A DNA stretch of 63,219 nt, the filler included, from Corallochytrium limacisporum Hawaii (lineage: Eukaryota > Protista > Pluriformea), in the NCBI GenBank assembly GCA_002811645.1. It is 5 parts of 5 records of this genome, joined end to end, with 100 filler letters (N's around TTAATTAATTAA, not from the genome) between each part and the next. Parts side by side here need not be neighbours in the genome. Positions count along the whole stretch, not along the records: positions 1 to 22,330 come from PDIP01000266.1; positions 22,431 to 30,872 come from PDIP01000012.1; 3 more parts are not named here. The stretch is one strand, 5' to 3'. Below, in pieces: positions 10,537 through 22,518 of this stretch. The notes under the pieces are model-generated. The model was given only the letters and a program-made list of their open reading frames with translations. It was not told the DNA's origin and did not search any database. The translations under genes were made by a program, and so were the position numbers. Each line of letters opens with the position of its first letter. The first letter of the stretch is position 1.

Positions 10537-11850
10537 AGTTTCGTTTGTTTACCTTATTCCCGTAGACCAATTGATCCTTACTTTTCAATACTGCAATATC
10601 CTTGTATCGTCCTGTAGCGTTCAATCAATCACTATCTCATGGTTAAATGTCGCTCTCTCTTTGCTGGACCATGTGTCTTGGGTAGTCAATACTTGACCTC
10701 TACATCGTTCACATGCGATCGCTCTTCTGACGTACCATCCAGGGCCCATCATCCACAGAGTATGCCAAACAACAAATTGCATCCGAAATCATTTTCGTTA
10801 TGAATAAGAATTTATCTTGCAGAAGGACACCCGAAAGACAACACTTGAAGTCTAAGAAAAGGCTCATAACATTTTCCTGCAATGGCCAAGGAGATTACAG
10901 TGGCCGGCAGCAGGGGGCCGGGCATTCCTTCCGCAGTCGGCAAGTTGTGGGGCCTGGAACGTCACCCACCCTGCCCCCGCTCCCCCCTTCCCCCGGGGGG
11001 CGGGCGGGCGCTTGCCTGGCTATGGGAAGGTAGACTTCGGCCTCTGGGTCTCGAGACCACCTGCCCCTACTCCACTCTCGGCGGTCTTGGCGATACCGTA
11101 GGCCACACTCCCGGTCCCCCCCCCCCCCCCGGGGGGGGGGGGGGGGNNNNNNNNNNNNNNNNNNNNNNNNNNNNNNCCCCCGGGGGGGGAGGGGGCGGGG
11201 GCCATGGATGAGGGGAAGGCCCGTGGGCTCGTTGCCCACTCAGATCGTTCGGACGGTCATTTCAATTTGGGACGCTTCCGTTGGTACAGTTGACTTAAGT
11301 CGAAGGCGTGGATGTTGCAAATTGTGCAGTGATTGCTGGTGACATGGTACACTTACCCACGGCTCACAGCATGCAGAAGGTGGGCCATGATTGTATTGGC
11401 AAGCTAGCAGGGTAAATGTGCAGCGCAACTAGTTGTGCGCATTCGATGACTGATTTGGGAATGGCGTGCATTCGGGGACGTGACAGCCTGCATGTATGGT
11501 TCAGGGGCATCTGAATGTCGTATGACCATGTGGTAGTCCTTTTAATCATCTTTTGTTCCAAGGATAACAAATCTGGTCGGTTTGCCAAAGTTACACTTTG
11601 TGAGCTTCCGCCAGCGGAACACTCCAAGAAGGACGTCCATGACCACGACAACATGGGAGGGGAGCCGATGTGTCTTTCAGTCTCATCAGAACCGCTAAAT
11701 GTATAGCGCATAAATGTTTTGCTAATTACATGTTTAATTGACTTGAACGATGGTACATGATGTGAACAATGAGAAATAGCTGCAAATAGCGATCTCGTGG
11801 ACCAGCTCAAGAAATCTAAATCTAAAACACTAACAACCTAGAAAACAACA

Positions 11851-12462
11851 TCACGTTTCCTTGTTGTCCCAGTAGAAGCCGTTCCAATGCTTCATGTCTT
11901 GGATGGGCTGTGGAGCACGCTCCAGATGGTAGGGGCAGTGCCGGCATCCATTTCCGCAGCAATTCCCACGTTTGTGATGAAACCAGTGACTGATCACCAT
12001 GTACCCGGAGGCAGGATCCTTGTACATGGCCTGTTTGTCCGTGCAGGCTTGGTCATTCAGTTTCACGATTTCTCGTTTTTCTTCAGACAACACGTCCCAA
12101 AGCGGTCCGTGGAAGTCTGCTGACGGCACCGACGAGGGATCCTTCTTTGGCCTGCGGATGCGCCTCGGAGAGGATGATGACTCTTCTTCTTTAGCGACTA
12201 CTGTGTCATTTGTTTCCTTCTGTCCATTTTCTTGGACAGCAGAACCTAATTCTTCAATGTCTAAGACCATTTCGTCCTTCTTGCTTCTATGATGCCCGTT
12301 TCGTATCTCGTCAGCTGCGGCAGTGATATCCCCGTGAAAGTATCTGCGACCTGCAATGAGGCCTACTGGTGCACTACTGCAAGCAAACAGTGCTGCTGAC
12401 AGTGACCTTGAACTGACTAAACGATACACAGCGCAGGGGACCTGTACTTGCCCCGATGACAT
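11851..12462 (-). CDS. C1orf53: C1orf53-like (DUF5522-type) small Cys-motif protein
   Basis: C-terminal YKDPASGYMV...HHKRGNCCGNGCRHCPY motif; N-terminus resembles a mitochondrial presequence. Confidence 0.8.
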   Translation of the reverse strand: MSSGQVQVPCAVYRLVSSRSLSAALFACSSAPVGLIAGRRYFHGDITAAADEIRNGHHRSKKDEMVLDIEELGSAVQENGQKETNDTVVAKEEESSSSPRRIRRPKKDPSSVPSADFHGPLWDVLSEEKREIVKLNDQACTDKQAMYKDPASGYMVISHWFHHKRGNCCGNGCRHCPYHLERAPQPIQDMKHWNGFYWDNKET

Positions 12463-13501
12463 GCAAAGGGGTAGCTCTACAACGTTCCCTGGCGTCCCAA
12501 TTATTTTGTCTCCCTGTCAAAGTCGATGTCGTTTCCAACACACGAGGCATGGGGATCAGCCCGGACTAGCAATGATTTACCAACCGACAGCGTTAACTAG
12601 CCATTTCGTGACTACTTTTACACTGAGGAGTGCTCCAATGGACAAGATGATGGCCGTGAATAAGGAACTGAGCGTAACCTGTACGGATGACAAACGAGTT
12701 CGGTCTCATTGCAATGCGCCATTTTGACTGCACCCTTGCCTCGCTGAGTAAGATTGACGGGTGGTGGGTTTCTCACGGGGACCCTGGGGCAGTTTTGACC
12801 AATGTGATCCGGTACATTCACTATGCAGAGTGCTCTTTATCCACCTGTGCAGTACATCCACTATGGTTGATGAAACCAATGAACCGTGAGCCGCGGGGGG
12901 GGGGTTGGGTTCGGCAGAGATTGGGGCGGGACGAAGCGGAAATCGCTGGCTGCGTTCCGGTACTAAATATACCGAAGACGTAGGAAGCGATTTGCAATCG
13001 CCTTTTTCCGTAGGGTCCCATGTTTTCTAAATATATACCGTTTGCCTTTGCGGGAAGGAAAAACCTTGGGCACCGGGTTCTTTCGCCGCCCGGTCGTTTC
13101 AGTACCGAGGGAAGGGGGAACTCGGAAAGAGAGACGAGGTGCGGTTGAAACGTAGGAACCAACACTAGGGTAGGTGGTACCAGCGCAGCCGTTCCCTTTC
13201 GCACTGCCGGAGGCTGCTGGATAGCAATGCGTACGGACCACTGCACTACCAAGTAGTTAAGAGTATATAGGATCCGAATCCTATCAAAACAGGCTTGGTA
13301 TCTGGTGGACAAGTACATTCCCCGGGTGGAGTCATTGCCAGTGTGGGATTGAAGTGAAATTTGCTATCTGCGTTAGGAACATTTGGGTCAGCTGATCAAG
13401 ACGACGGGAAAACCGCACAGCGGGATTATGCTGGACTAAGGATACACATACCTCAAGGGGGATGCACACCTTGAGGACAAGTGGAACTCTAGTATAACAC
13501 C

Positions 13502-15061
13502 ATGGGCTTACTGATCAACGGGTACTGGCTGCGCTTGACCCGCACTCAAGCGTCCTGGCTCAGGCCGGCCGGGGTGATCTCGACGATCTGCAGATACAGT
13601 ACGAGCGACACCGCGGCACACACTACAGGTCCGGAGGCGGTGTTGAGTCCTAGCCAGCTTTATGAACAGCGAGTAGAGGAAGGCCTGCTCCTACCGGACG
13701 ACCAACAGCGTAGTGTCCTTCCGGTACTAGACACTCTGCATGGCAAGCTGCTCAGTGGTAGCCAGTCCGCAGGTGGCACCTCGCACCGGAAAACCAGAGG
13801 AAATAGTATCGGAGGCCTCTGGGGACGTGTAAGTGCGATGCTCGGTAACGATTCGAATGGCTCATCAGGATCTCTTGCTGCTGGGGCTCAGGCTCCTCGC
13901 GGATTGTACCTGTGGGGTGGGGTCGGCATAGGCAAGACCATGCTTATGAACACTCTCTATGAGAGTCTGGAGGGCACATCGTGTCGTGCACGTCGTATCC
14001 ATTTTCATGACTTCATGGCCGAAGTACATAAGGAAGCACATCAGTGGCGTCAGACTAATTCGTCCGGTGGGGATCCTCTGCCGGCTATCGCAAGCGGTAT
14101 TGCGGGCGATGTAGACCTCCTATGCTTCGATGAGTTCCAGGTGAGCAATATCGCGGATGCAATGTTGCTTCTCCGCTTGTTCCGGTATTTCACCGGTGAG
14201 GCCGATGGAAACGGAGGTGATCGTGGACCCCGTGAGGTTACAGTGATTGCCACATCCAATCGCAGTCCCAATGATCTCTATGAGGGAGGTCTTAATCGTA
14301 GCCTGTTCCTGCCCTTTATTCCACTATTGGAGCGCCACTCGAATATCATCCATCTGCCGCGCCACATCGACTATCGCCGCAAGGCTACGCCAGTTCGAGA
14401 CGGTCTAGTGCACTGGGTTGTCTCCGGCAAGGCAGATGCAGTATGTGTAGATGCGGACATGATTGCTCAGCTTACTGGCAAGAGTCCTGTGAAGAACACT
14501 AGAATCGGCTTGCCAGCCAGCCGTTCATTGTTGGTCGGCAACCAGGCCGGCGGAGTCGCACTTTTTGACTTTAAGGAAGTCTGTGAGTCTAACCTCGGAG
14601 CTGCTGACTACGCCTCCATTGCCAGTCACTTCCACACCATCTTGATTAAGGGTGTTCCGACTTTGACAGCGATCAAGATGAATGAGGCACGGCGCTTCAT
14701 TACCTTCATCGACGTCTGTTACGAGAGCAACGCGCGTCTGATTTGTGAGGCTGAGCAGGACATCGAGCACCTTTTCCAACTTGAGATGCAGACTTCACAG
14801 CCTGGTACGGTCACAAGCATGCGGGACTTCGATGATCTGCATGTGGTCGGTGAAGGAGGCTCCAGTTCTAGCCACATGACTACGATGGTTGGCGACATGG
14901 AATGGAGTGGAACAGGCCGTAAGGATGCCTCCCTTGGATCTGCATCTGGCAATATTGACACGCGGTTTGCCTCTGACCGTACTGTCAGTCGTCTAATGGA
15001 AATGCAGAGTGAAATATACCACAGGCGGTGGAAAAAGAAGCACAAGATCGTCGAGGAGTGA
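13502..15061 (+). CDS. AFG1L: AFG1/LACE1/ZapE-family AAA ATPase
   Basis: PRGLYLWGGVGIGKTMLM (Walker A), RIHFHDFM, LCFDEFQV (Walker B), ATSNRSPNDLYEGGLNR, NEARRFITFID, RTVSRLMEMQ. Confidence 0.95.
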   Translation: MGLLINGYWLRLTRTQASWLRPAGVISTICRYSTSDTAAHTTGPEAVLSPSQLYEQRVEEGLLLPDDQQRSVLPVLDTLHGKLLSGSQSAGGTSHRKTRGNSIGGLWGRVSAMLGNDSNGSSGSLAAGAQAPRGLYLWGGVGIGKTMLMNTLYESLEGTSCRARRIHFHDFMAEVHKEAHQWRQTNSSGGDPLPAIASGIAGDVDLLCFDEFQVSNIADAMLLLRLFRYFTGEADGNGGDRGPREVTVIATSNRSPNDLYEGGLNRSLFLPFIPLLERHSNIIHLPRHIDYRRKATPVRDGLVHWVVSGKADAVCVDADMIAQLTGKSPVKNTRIGLPASRSLLVGNQAGGVALFDFKEVCESNLGAADYASIASHFHTILIKGVPTLTAIKMNEARRFITFIDVCYESNARLICEAEQDIEHLFQLEMQTSQPGTVTSMRDFDDLHVVGEGGSSSSHMTTMVGDMEWSGTGRKDASLGSASGNIDTRFASDRTVSRLMEMQSEIYHRRWKKKHKIVEE

Positions 15062-15161
15062 GCGCAAGCCACTGCCAAGACCATTAGATATAAAACATCA
15101 TAGCGTGTCCTTTTCTATTGTTGCTTTAAATGATCTTTTCATTAAAGGGGAAACCATAACA

Positions 15162-15917
15162 TTAGTCATCATCCATGTCATCCTCTTCCAAAGCGGCCTT
15201 GGCAGCCTCCTCAGCCTCCTTGACCATTTCTTCGGGTACGGCCACATGTTTACCACCGGTAGCCTCAGTCACCCAGCTCATCTCGAGCTCGAAGTCCTTG
15301 TCCTTGACTTCGTCATGGACCGAGTAGATCAGTTTGGCGACCTCCTTGACTGCTTCAACTGCTGTCATTTCTTCCAGCTTCAGTTTCTCGATTTCAGTCT
15401 TCGCGGTCTGCTTACCCTTGCCAATAGCAGCACCGTAGTATCCCCACGAAACACCACTAGGTTCAATGCAGTACAACTGAGGTCCCTTGGATGTACACAG
15501 TCCTATCAGAATCGCTACGCCAAAGGGACGAATATGAGAATACAAAGTGTGTGCCTGGACGTACCCACTCAAACGCTGGCAAAGCATATGGCCTGGGATC
15601 TGCGCGCCGTACACACTGCGGTATTCGGAAGCCTCGCTACGTGCGCGTTTGACCAGCTGCCGCGCATCTGCGATCAACCCAGCGGTGACAATGCCAGTAT
15701 GATCATCTACAGTGAAGACACGACGGTTACTACCCGGCTCGTACAAACGAGACTGAACGATCTTTTCTACTCCGAACACAACACCGTCCTTGACGCGAAG
15801 AGCAATGGCCGTACCACTATTGTCTACAGCTTTGTTGGCATACTCCACTTGGAAAACCCGTCCGTCGGGAGAGAATGTCGTAGCCGACAGGTCATAACCT
15901 GTTCCGATTGAGGTCAT
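15162..15917 (-). CDS. PSMA3: 20S proteasome subunit alpha-7 (PSMA3/PRE10)
   Basis: [27 protein letters not shown]...[14 protein letters not shown]...[10 protein letters not shown], acidic tail. Confidence 0.98.
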   Translation of the reverse strand: MTSIGTGYDLSATTFSPDGRVFQVEYANKAVDNSGTAIALRVKDGVVFGVEKIVQSRLYEPGSNRRVFTVDDHTGIVTAGLIADARQLVKRARSEASEYRSVYGAQIPGHMLCQRLSGYVQAHTLYSHIRPFGVAILIGLCTSKGPQLYCIEPSGVSWGYYGAAIGKGKQTAKTEIEKLKLEEMTAVEAVKEVAKLIYSVHDEVKDKDFELEMSWVTEATGGKHVAVPEEMVKEAEEAAKAALEEDDMDDD

Positions 15918-16820
15918 TGTGACTAACGCTAGCTTTTAATCTATCGATACCGGTCAGATCTCTTGTTGGCCATGCGACGGTTAATTTGGACCATCAGAAG
16001 ACATACCATATGCTAAATACCCAACATATCTAGAAAGGTAGCTCAATCTAAGCCATCACCACAATCCACTATTAAACTCACAGCTCACCCAAAGAGCTAA
16101 CTAAAGCACAGCAACGCCGTCGACCAAAGCAAGCCCTAAAGCGAAGCTGTTGTGTGCATTCGTATGCTCTCGAAGGAACCGAGTGGCTGTTCGGACTCCC
16201 CCCTCCTTTCCCGGTGCCAACTCACAGAGAATGACCCAGTCATCTCAGGCCCGAAAAGGCCGCGCGTTTTGCCTCGCCCCCCCCTTCTACAAGGGGGGGG
16301 CCCAAACGGTCTCCACCGACCGGGCTCAGAGCTCAGCAAGAGTAGTGGAGAAAGGAGGAGTTAGGCGAGAGCAAAACCCCCGGGGGGGGGGGGAGGGGAG
16401 ACCAAAAGAGATAACACGAATAAAACTGATAACCTAATTATCTTCATGCACACTGACGAATACCAATGCGATACCTGGGGATCTCGAGCCCTCCGAGGCT
16501 GTGACACCTTTGTGCCGTACATTCGGTTCGGAAGGGATTCGGATCCGGACGGAATTCCGGTACATTAAGTATTGAACCGGGCCGGTCAGAGCGCGAAATG
16601 GTACGGGCAGGCCTCAGCGGCTGGGGCGACGACCGCCTCAGCGGCGCCCCATCTGAATGAGTCTGTGCTCACTGCGTACGGTCCCTGACAGACAGGCAGC
16701 GTGGGGTGGTACTCGGGGTGGCTCGGTTGCTGACCCAATACTATCAGCCCATGAGGCATGTTCCATATACCAAGACCCCTTTCAGCCTTATTCCGCAGGG
16801 ATACAGATACACAGACAGCC

Positions 16821-18269
16821 ATGGTGGGGTTATCAGAGTATGAGCAGGCCCGGCAGAGGCAGATCGAGGAGAACCAAAAGATCCTCGAGCAACTGGGCGT
16901 CAAGAGCGAAGTGACAGCCATCCATGAGCAGCCTAAGAAACCTGTGGTTAAGCACAAGCCCAAGAAGCGTTACATGAAGCGGGAGGAAACGCCACCTCCG
17001 CCGCGTAAATCCATGCGTATTAGGGGCTACGATCCGGACGGTGAGAAGGTGAAGGAAGAAGAGAAGAAAACGATGTATGACTATGGTCTGGGTGTATCAG
17101 AGGCCGCCTTGCAACGTGAGCAGCGTGACACGCGTAAAGAAGGGCCAGTCGCACTTGAAGACGCCGAATTTGGCAACGAGGACACCCTGGATATCAAGGG
17201 ATTCTACAAATGGATGAAACAGAGCAACCCGCCAGGGAGTGAGGCAAATGGCTACCCGGAAAAGCGTGATAATAAGAGGATGGACCTATTGCAGAAAGCT
17301 CTGGAATCTATGCACATCCCAGATGAGAAGTATGTGGAGAAGCTCACACCAGATCGTACATACAGTATTGCGTATCATCCCGATCACAGCAAGGCCGTGG
17401 TAGTCGTTGGTGACAAATGGGGGAAGATTGCATTTTGGGACGTTGAGAACGGCGAGGATGCAGTGTATAGTTTCCATCCGCACTCTCGCCCAGTATCCTG
17501 GCTCAAGTTCGTCAAAGAGCACCCGTACGCGATGTACAGTTGTTCGTATGATACCAGTGTACGCAAAATGGATATGAAGCAAGAGATTTTTGACGAGGTG
17601 TACGTGGGCGACACACTGCTGGGCGCCGTAGATGTCACCCCTGATAACCGTATCATGTACGTAGGAGACTTCAATGGAGATATGGTCGCAATCGATTTGC
17701 GGGTAAGGGACAGTAAGCATATTCACTATGATTTCCATGACAAGAAGATTGGATCGCTAGAGATCTGCCCCAAGAATGAACATCTCGTGCTTACCGCTTC
17801 GAATGACACCACAGCCCGGGTGTGGGATGTCCGGAAACTTAAGAAGAATGGCCGATGCCATAACATATTCGAGCTCCCACACGGGAAGAGTGTGAATGGT
17901 GCTCAATGGAGCCCGGATGGTACGCGTATTGCGAGTAATTCCATGGACAACACTGTCCGTTTGCATGATGTCAACCATGGTGCCAAGCCAACGATTGTCA
18001 AGGAACACAAGGTCAGCCACAACAACCACACGGGAAGATGGATCACCAAATTCCGTTTGGCATGGTTGCCTAGTGGTGAAGGTTTCCTGTCCGGGGCCAT
18101 GAATCGCAGCATCACTTGCTTTGACGGGTTCACGGGAAAGCGTGTTCACTCCATCAGCGACGAACTCATGTCTGCTATCCCGTCCGTGAACGCGGCTGCT
18201 GAGATCAACGGAGCGCTTCAGATCGCTGGGTCTACTGGAAGTGGACGAGTACAAATCTTCAAACCTTAA
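16821..18269 (+). CDS. WDR76: WD40 protein WDR76/Cmr1 (DNA-damage-binding)
   Basis: LSEYEQARQRQIEEN..IL..LG, RKSMRIRG, VVVGDKWGKIAFWD, HNNHTGRWITKF; WD repeats. Start taken at MVGLSEYE. Confidence 0.92.
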   Translation: MVGLSEYEQARQRQIEENQKILEQLGVKSEVTAIHEQPKKPVVKHKPKKRYMKREETPPPPRKSMRIRGYDPDGEKVKEEEKKTMYDYGLGVSEAALQREQRDTRKEGPVALEDAEFGNEDTLDIKGFYKWMKQSNPPGSEANGYPEKRDNKRMDLLQKALESMHIPDEKYVEKLTPDRTYSIAYHPDHSKAVVVVGDKWGKIAFWDVENGEDAVYSFHPHSRPVSWLKFVKEHPYAMYSCSYDTSVRKMDMKQEIFDEVYVGDTLLGAVDVTPDNRIMYVGDFNGDMVAIDLRVRDSKHIHYDFHDKKIGSLEICPKNEHLVLTASNDTTARVWDVRKLKKNGRCHNIFELPHGKSVNGAQWSPDGTRIASNSMDNTVRLHDVNHGAKPTIVKEHKVSHNNHTGRWITKFRLAWLPSGEGFLSGAMNRSITCFDGFTGKRVHSISDELMSAIPSVNAAAEINGALQIAGSTGSGRVQIFKP

Positions 18270-19183
18270 AAAATCCACAAGATTCTTACTATTATCATTG
18301 TCAATCTACATTACATAATGTTGTCGTTCCGTCCCCACCTTCTGAGCGAACCGGAGTACCACCGTACAGCGGAAGGTAGCATTTCCGTTACCAAACCCAC
18401 CCACACGACGGGGCCTTGCCGAAATTAGACTCCCCGTCTTCACCCTCCTTAATTCAACGTCCCAGCACACCCTGTTCCTGAGCCCTCCCCCCCCCTCGTT
18501 TGCCACGCGCTGGCTTCTAGATTACACTGCCTTCCCCCGTCCCTCCTTGTCAGCAGCGGTTTTAGGGTACCCCACTCTGGTGTTGATTGGGGCGGGTGGA
18601 GCGGTTGGGGGCGCCCCCTACCCTGGTCCACACCCCTCAAATCGTCTCCGTTTTGCCGAGGCGGGGTTCCCGACTCTGTCGCTTCATCGGAAAGGGAGGA
18701 TCAGTCCCGTGGCAGTGACAAGGAGAAGTAGGAGGGGGGGCCTATCCACCCTTGGATCGCGATCAGTGCGCGTCGTGAATATTAGCAGATGGTGTCTTGG
18801 GTATGCCACCGGATCGTTCCTTATTGGTCTTCAAAACAACTTCCTTAGCACGCTTATTCAACACGCCACAGATAAATCGATATGAGGTTTTGATATCGTC
18901 GTGTTGTTGTTTTCAGTCGAACAATACCTTGGTTGTTCCTTTTTCCGACGGTTGCCAACTTATGTCCGTGTTAGTTGGATAGGTGACCGAGGTATTTCAC
19001 GTGAATAGGTAATAGTGGATACTTAAGTGTCAAACCATGCAACAGCGACATTATTTTGCAAATTCGGAGGACGTGGACATTATTAGGAAACCAAGATGAT
19101 CATAATATTCTGAAACGAAGAAATTCTCCCAATGGAAGGAATAAACCAAAATCAGTATAGTTTAAAGAAGTAGGCCAACAGTC

Positions 19184-21991
19184 ATGGCAAAGAAGAGGAA
19201 GGCCGGGCAGGGACAGCAGGTTGACTTTAAGAAGACCAAGGTCAAAGTCGGCAAGGCCAAAGCTAAGGCTGCCAATGCCACTAATACAGATATCACATCG
19301 AAAGCAATTCGCGGACCACAGCAACACGCGCTGAGCAGCAAGGATGGCGTACCATTGAATAGTCAACGGAAGTCACTAGAGGAATTGATTTCATTGACAA
19401 AGCACCAAAAGGGATCGGTGCGGAAAGGTGCAGTAGACGGGATTGATGAGCTTATTCAATTGCATCCGGATGTCTTGAGTCAGCAACTTGGAAGTCTGTT
19501 GAGCGTCCTCTTCGGTCTTATCAACGATCCCATCGAAGACGTGCGCCATGCGGTCAATTCGACCTTGGTGCAAATTGCAAATCAAACGGATGCTAGTCAG
19601 ATGAAGCCGTTCTCAGATCTTGGCCTAATGCAAACAAAGGCTGCCATGAACAATGTCAATGAGGGCGTGCGTCTGGACTCTTTGGGTATCCTTGATATTT
19701 GGCTGGATTATTACCCACAGCTGCTTGCAGAGCGCTGCGAAGAGTTGTTGCCGTCAATTATCAGTCTATTCAGTACACAGAGCCGGCCGAGTGGCGCAAC
19801 AGGAAGCAGCGGCGGAAACTTGACACTGCAGACTGATCCAAACGCTCTGGGTGCCAGTAGCCGTGGACGTTTGGAAGTTTTGAGCAGGCTCAAGTCCTTA
19901 ATGCAAAGTATTTACGGTGCGGCAAATGGATTGGACGAGGAGACGGCCAACTATACCAATCTCACCCTTGCACCGGGATCGACACCACGTAACGCAACTG
20001 GATCATCCACAAACATGAGGAATACAACGCAGGGAGCTGGATCTGGAGCAGTCTTGGACATTGAGCGTTCGATCTCAGGAGCGGAATATCCTGCTGTAGA
20101 TCCCTTGTTGTTGGCCCTCAATCGCAGTCGGAAAGGCAATGTCGTTAAGGGTGATTTGCGATCATCGTTTGAACAAGTGATACCACTGCTGATGCAGCTT
20201 TTGGTTGAGTTGCCCGTTAGTGAATTGAGCAACGGCAAGTTTGAAGCTCTGAGCACTCTGTCTGCCACTCTGGACTGTTTCATGATTCTCATGGATAGCC
20301 GCGTCACAGATATCGAGGAAATGGAAACAAATTTCCGAATTGAGTATCTGAAGAAGAATCGTGGATTCTTTGAGACCCTACGAAAGTTGTTCATGACATG
20401 CTTCCCTGTGCCGGGGGACAATATTAAGGCCATGGGGTCAAACTTGAAGCTCGCACGGGCTTTGTCATATTTCGGAGAGGGCTTCGAAATCAAGAATGCT
20501 GTGAAGGTGGAAAACATCATGGAGCGATTGCAAGAGACCTTCCTGACCAGTGTGAAGAACGACGACAACCAAATGGTCGGTGATACCTTGACCTGCATCT
20601 GGCGATACATGAATAAGCATGAAATTGGAGACGATGTAGCCAACCCTGTTCGACAGAATGTGCAGAATTCGCTCAAGACTCTTGGGCATAAGTCTCCATG
20701 CTTGCGTACCGTCCTTACCTTCCTTGCAGTGGATTCTCCAGTCACTAACGATTGGCAGTGGGCCAATCAGCTACCTCGTATCTTGTGGCAATTGAGCGAT
20801 CGCAATCCACAGCAGACAGAACTAATTCTCACCCTGCTGACCAATATGGCTAAGCGGGACGGCGCCAGTACACAGATCTTCCAGGAACTCCAAAGCCAGC
20901 TAGTGCCATTCTTCTACACCACTGTGCACATCCAGAACGAGACTGAAGGAGAAACACTTGAGCCGGCGTTCGGGCCGTTTATCAAGCTGCCTCTGCGCCT
21001 ACAACGGGCAAGCCTTGAGATGCTCTACTGGCTGGATCAAGTCAGCCCGAAGATGTTGATGGGTTTGGCATACTGCTGCTGTGCAGACACGGTCAAGAAG
21101 GAGAGTACCAGCTACATTGATGCCTACGTGGCCACGTATCTTCTCGACATCCTGCATACAAAACTTGGTCAATCTCAGCCATCCAATATGGAGGCTGCCG
21201 TCGGATATGTCAGCTTCCTAATCACTGTGTTACTGGGCGAGACCTCATTGCAGTTACAGGTGGAAACTATCACCCCCGACCATTCTCTCTACGATTTTCC
21301 AGCCCCGGAAATGACTTGGATTGCTCATGTAGAAGTCGGCAGAGACAGTGATTCCTTCTGGAACAATCGTGATGTTATCACCGAGGCAATCTGTGAGAAG
21401 TTGAAGTCCATTTCATGGTTGGACAACACCCTCGACATTCTGAGCGATCGCATTCTCAGCGTAATGCGCCGCAAACAGCTCAGTGCTAAGGTTGCGTTTG
21501 CCATCATGCGCTGTATCTCGCGTTCGAGACCCAAGGAAGAGGTGCCAGATACGATTGCCTCCAATCTCGCACCTGTCGTCCTGGGATGCCTGTTCGTGGT
21601 TGAACAAGCAAAGAAGTCAAACAATCAACTCACTGCACCCGCCCGTTTCCTTGAGGAAGCTTGCATCGAGGCTCTGCTGCGTGTTCCATCTTTGCCCGGT
21701 CGCATCATTGCTGCTGTTATTTCCCATGCGGAAGACCCGCAGAAAGCACAATCCATCACACCAGTACTGAATGCTCTCATCTTGCTCCTGAATGCGCCAG
21801 AGCTGCAAGAGGTATTCCAACGTCATACTCACTTGTTTACCCGTTTGACAAACTTTTTAGCAAGGCGCAAGGCACAAGATGCCATCGCCCAAGTGTCGGG
21901 AGACGACAGCTTCGAGCGGTACCAAGCGGCAATTAATCGCACCCTGAACTACATGATCAACGGACGTCAAGCTGCGCCTGGCCCTTTCTAG
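19184..21991 (+). CDS. TEX10: Rix1-complex subunit TEX10/Ipi1 (pre-60S processing)
   Basis: DFKKTKVKVGK.K.KAANATNT N-terminal signature, VRLDSLGILDIWL, FGPFIKLP..LQR; HEAT-like repeats. Confidence 0.9.
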   Translation: MAKKRKAGQGQQVDFKKTKVKVGKAKAKAANATNTDITSKAIRGPQQHALSSKDGVPLNSQRKSLEELISLTKHQKGSVRKGAVDGIDELIQLHPDVLSQQLGSLLSVLFGLINDPIEDVRHAVNSTLVQIANQTDASQMKPFSDLGLMQTKAAMNNVNEGVRLDSLGILDIWLDYYPQLLAERCEELLPSIISLFSTQSRPSGATGSSGGNLTLQTDPNALGASSRGRLEVLSRLKSLMQSIYGAANGLDEETANYTNLTLAPGSTPRNATGSSTNMRNTTQGAGSGAVLDIERSISGAEYPAVDPLLLALNRSRKGNVVKGDLRSSFEQVIPLLMQLLVELPVSELSNGKFEALSTLSATLDCFMILMDSRVTDIEEMETNFRIEYLKKNRGFFETLRKLFMTCFPVPGDNIKAMGSNLKLARALSYFGEGFEIKNAVKVENIMERLQETFLTSVKNDDNQMVGDTLTCIWRYMNKHEIGDDVANPVRQNVQNSLKTLGHKSPCLRTVLTFLAVDSPVTNDWQWANQLPRILWQLSDRNPQQTELILTLLTNMAKRDGASTQIFQELQSQLVPFFYTTVHIQNETEGETLEPAFGPFIKLPLRLQRASLEMLYWLDQVSPKMLMGLAYCCCADTVKKESTSYIDAYVATYLLDILHTKLGQSQPSNMEAAVGYVSFLITVLLGETSLQLQVETITPDHSLYDFPAPEMTWIAHVEVGRDSDSFWNNRDVITEAICEKLKSISWLDNTLDILSDRILSVMRRKQLSAKVAFAIMRCISRSRPKEEVPDTIASNLAPVVLGCLFVVEQAKKSNNQLTAPARFLEEACIEALLRVPSLPGRIIAAVISHAEDPQKAQSITPVLNALILLLNAPELQEVFQRHTHLFTRLTNFLARRKAQDAIAQVSGDDSFERYQAAINRTLNYMINGRQAAPGPF

Positions 21992-22330
21992 ATACACTCA
22001 AATTCAGTAGTCCTTTCAGTTTACATTGCGTTCATGTACCTTCCTTTTTTCGGTCTGATATACGGATTCACGAAACGGCTATGTAACATGGGGCCTTCGC
22101 GGTTCTCGAGATAAAAAGAGGCCCCGAAGGATCACAGAAGGAGAGGGAGCCACTTTTGCAAACTGACCCAGCGGTGCTTTGGCCCCCGCTAAAGGCCGCG
22201 CTGATGAGGAGCCGGGCAGGTGGGGGTTGGTTTTGGGGGCCAGCGGGAAGGACACACTACCTGAGAGTTGGGGGGAGGGTGGGGAGGAGATGGCCCAAAA
22301 CAGCGGGCCCGCGGTTGCCAAGGAGTGTTG

Positions 22331-22430
22331 NNNNNNNNNNNNNNNNNNNNNNNNNNNNNNNNNNNNNNNNNNNNTTAATTAATTAANNNNNNNNNNNNNN
22401 NNNNNNNNNNNNNNNNNNNNNNNNNNNNNN
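22331..22430. other. Artificial contig linker N44-TTAATTAATTAA-N44 (also 30873-30972, 48690-48789, 60909-61008)
   Basis: Same 100-nt spacer with a six-frame stop cassette occurs four times; not biological sequence. Confidence 0.97.
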
Positions 22431-22518
22431 TTGAACTCGGTTGGCGCGAATTTCTCCCTCCCTCCTTATTCCGGTTGATTAAATGTGATTTGGAGCAATA
22501 TTTCGACGCAGAGGATAG
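22431..22518. mobile_element. Terminus of TA-bounded element, variant C; TA at 22519-22520
   Basis: Ends ...GCAATATTTCGACGCAGAGGATAG|TA. Shares terminal CAGAGGATAG with variant D and subterminal motifs with variants A and F. Confidence 0.75.

Noticed and set aside
15009-15911. Long ORFs antisense to real genes (also 1758-2417, 7134-7919, 19951-20766, 59029-59757)
   Set aside because: Shadow ORFs opposite conserved, codon-biased genes; no recognisable motifs.
22375-22386. TTAATTAATTAA palindrome repeated four times
   Set aside because: Flanked by exactly 44 N each side; six-frame-stop assembly linker, not biology.
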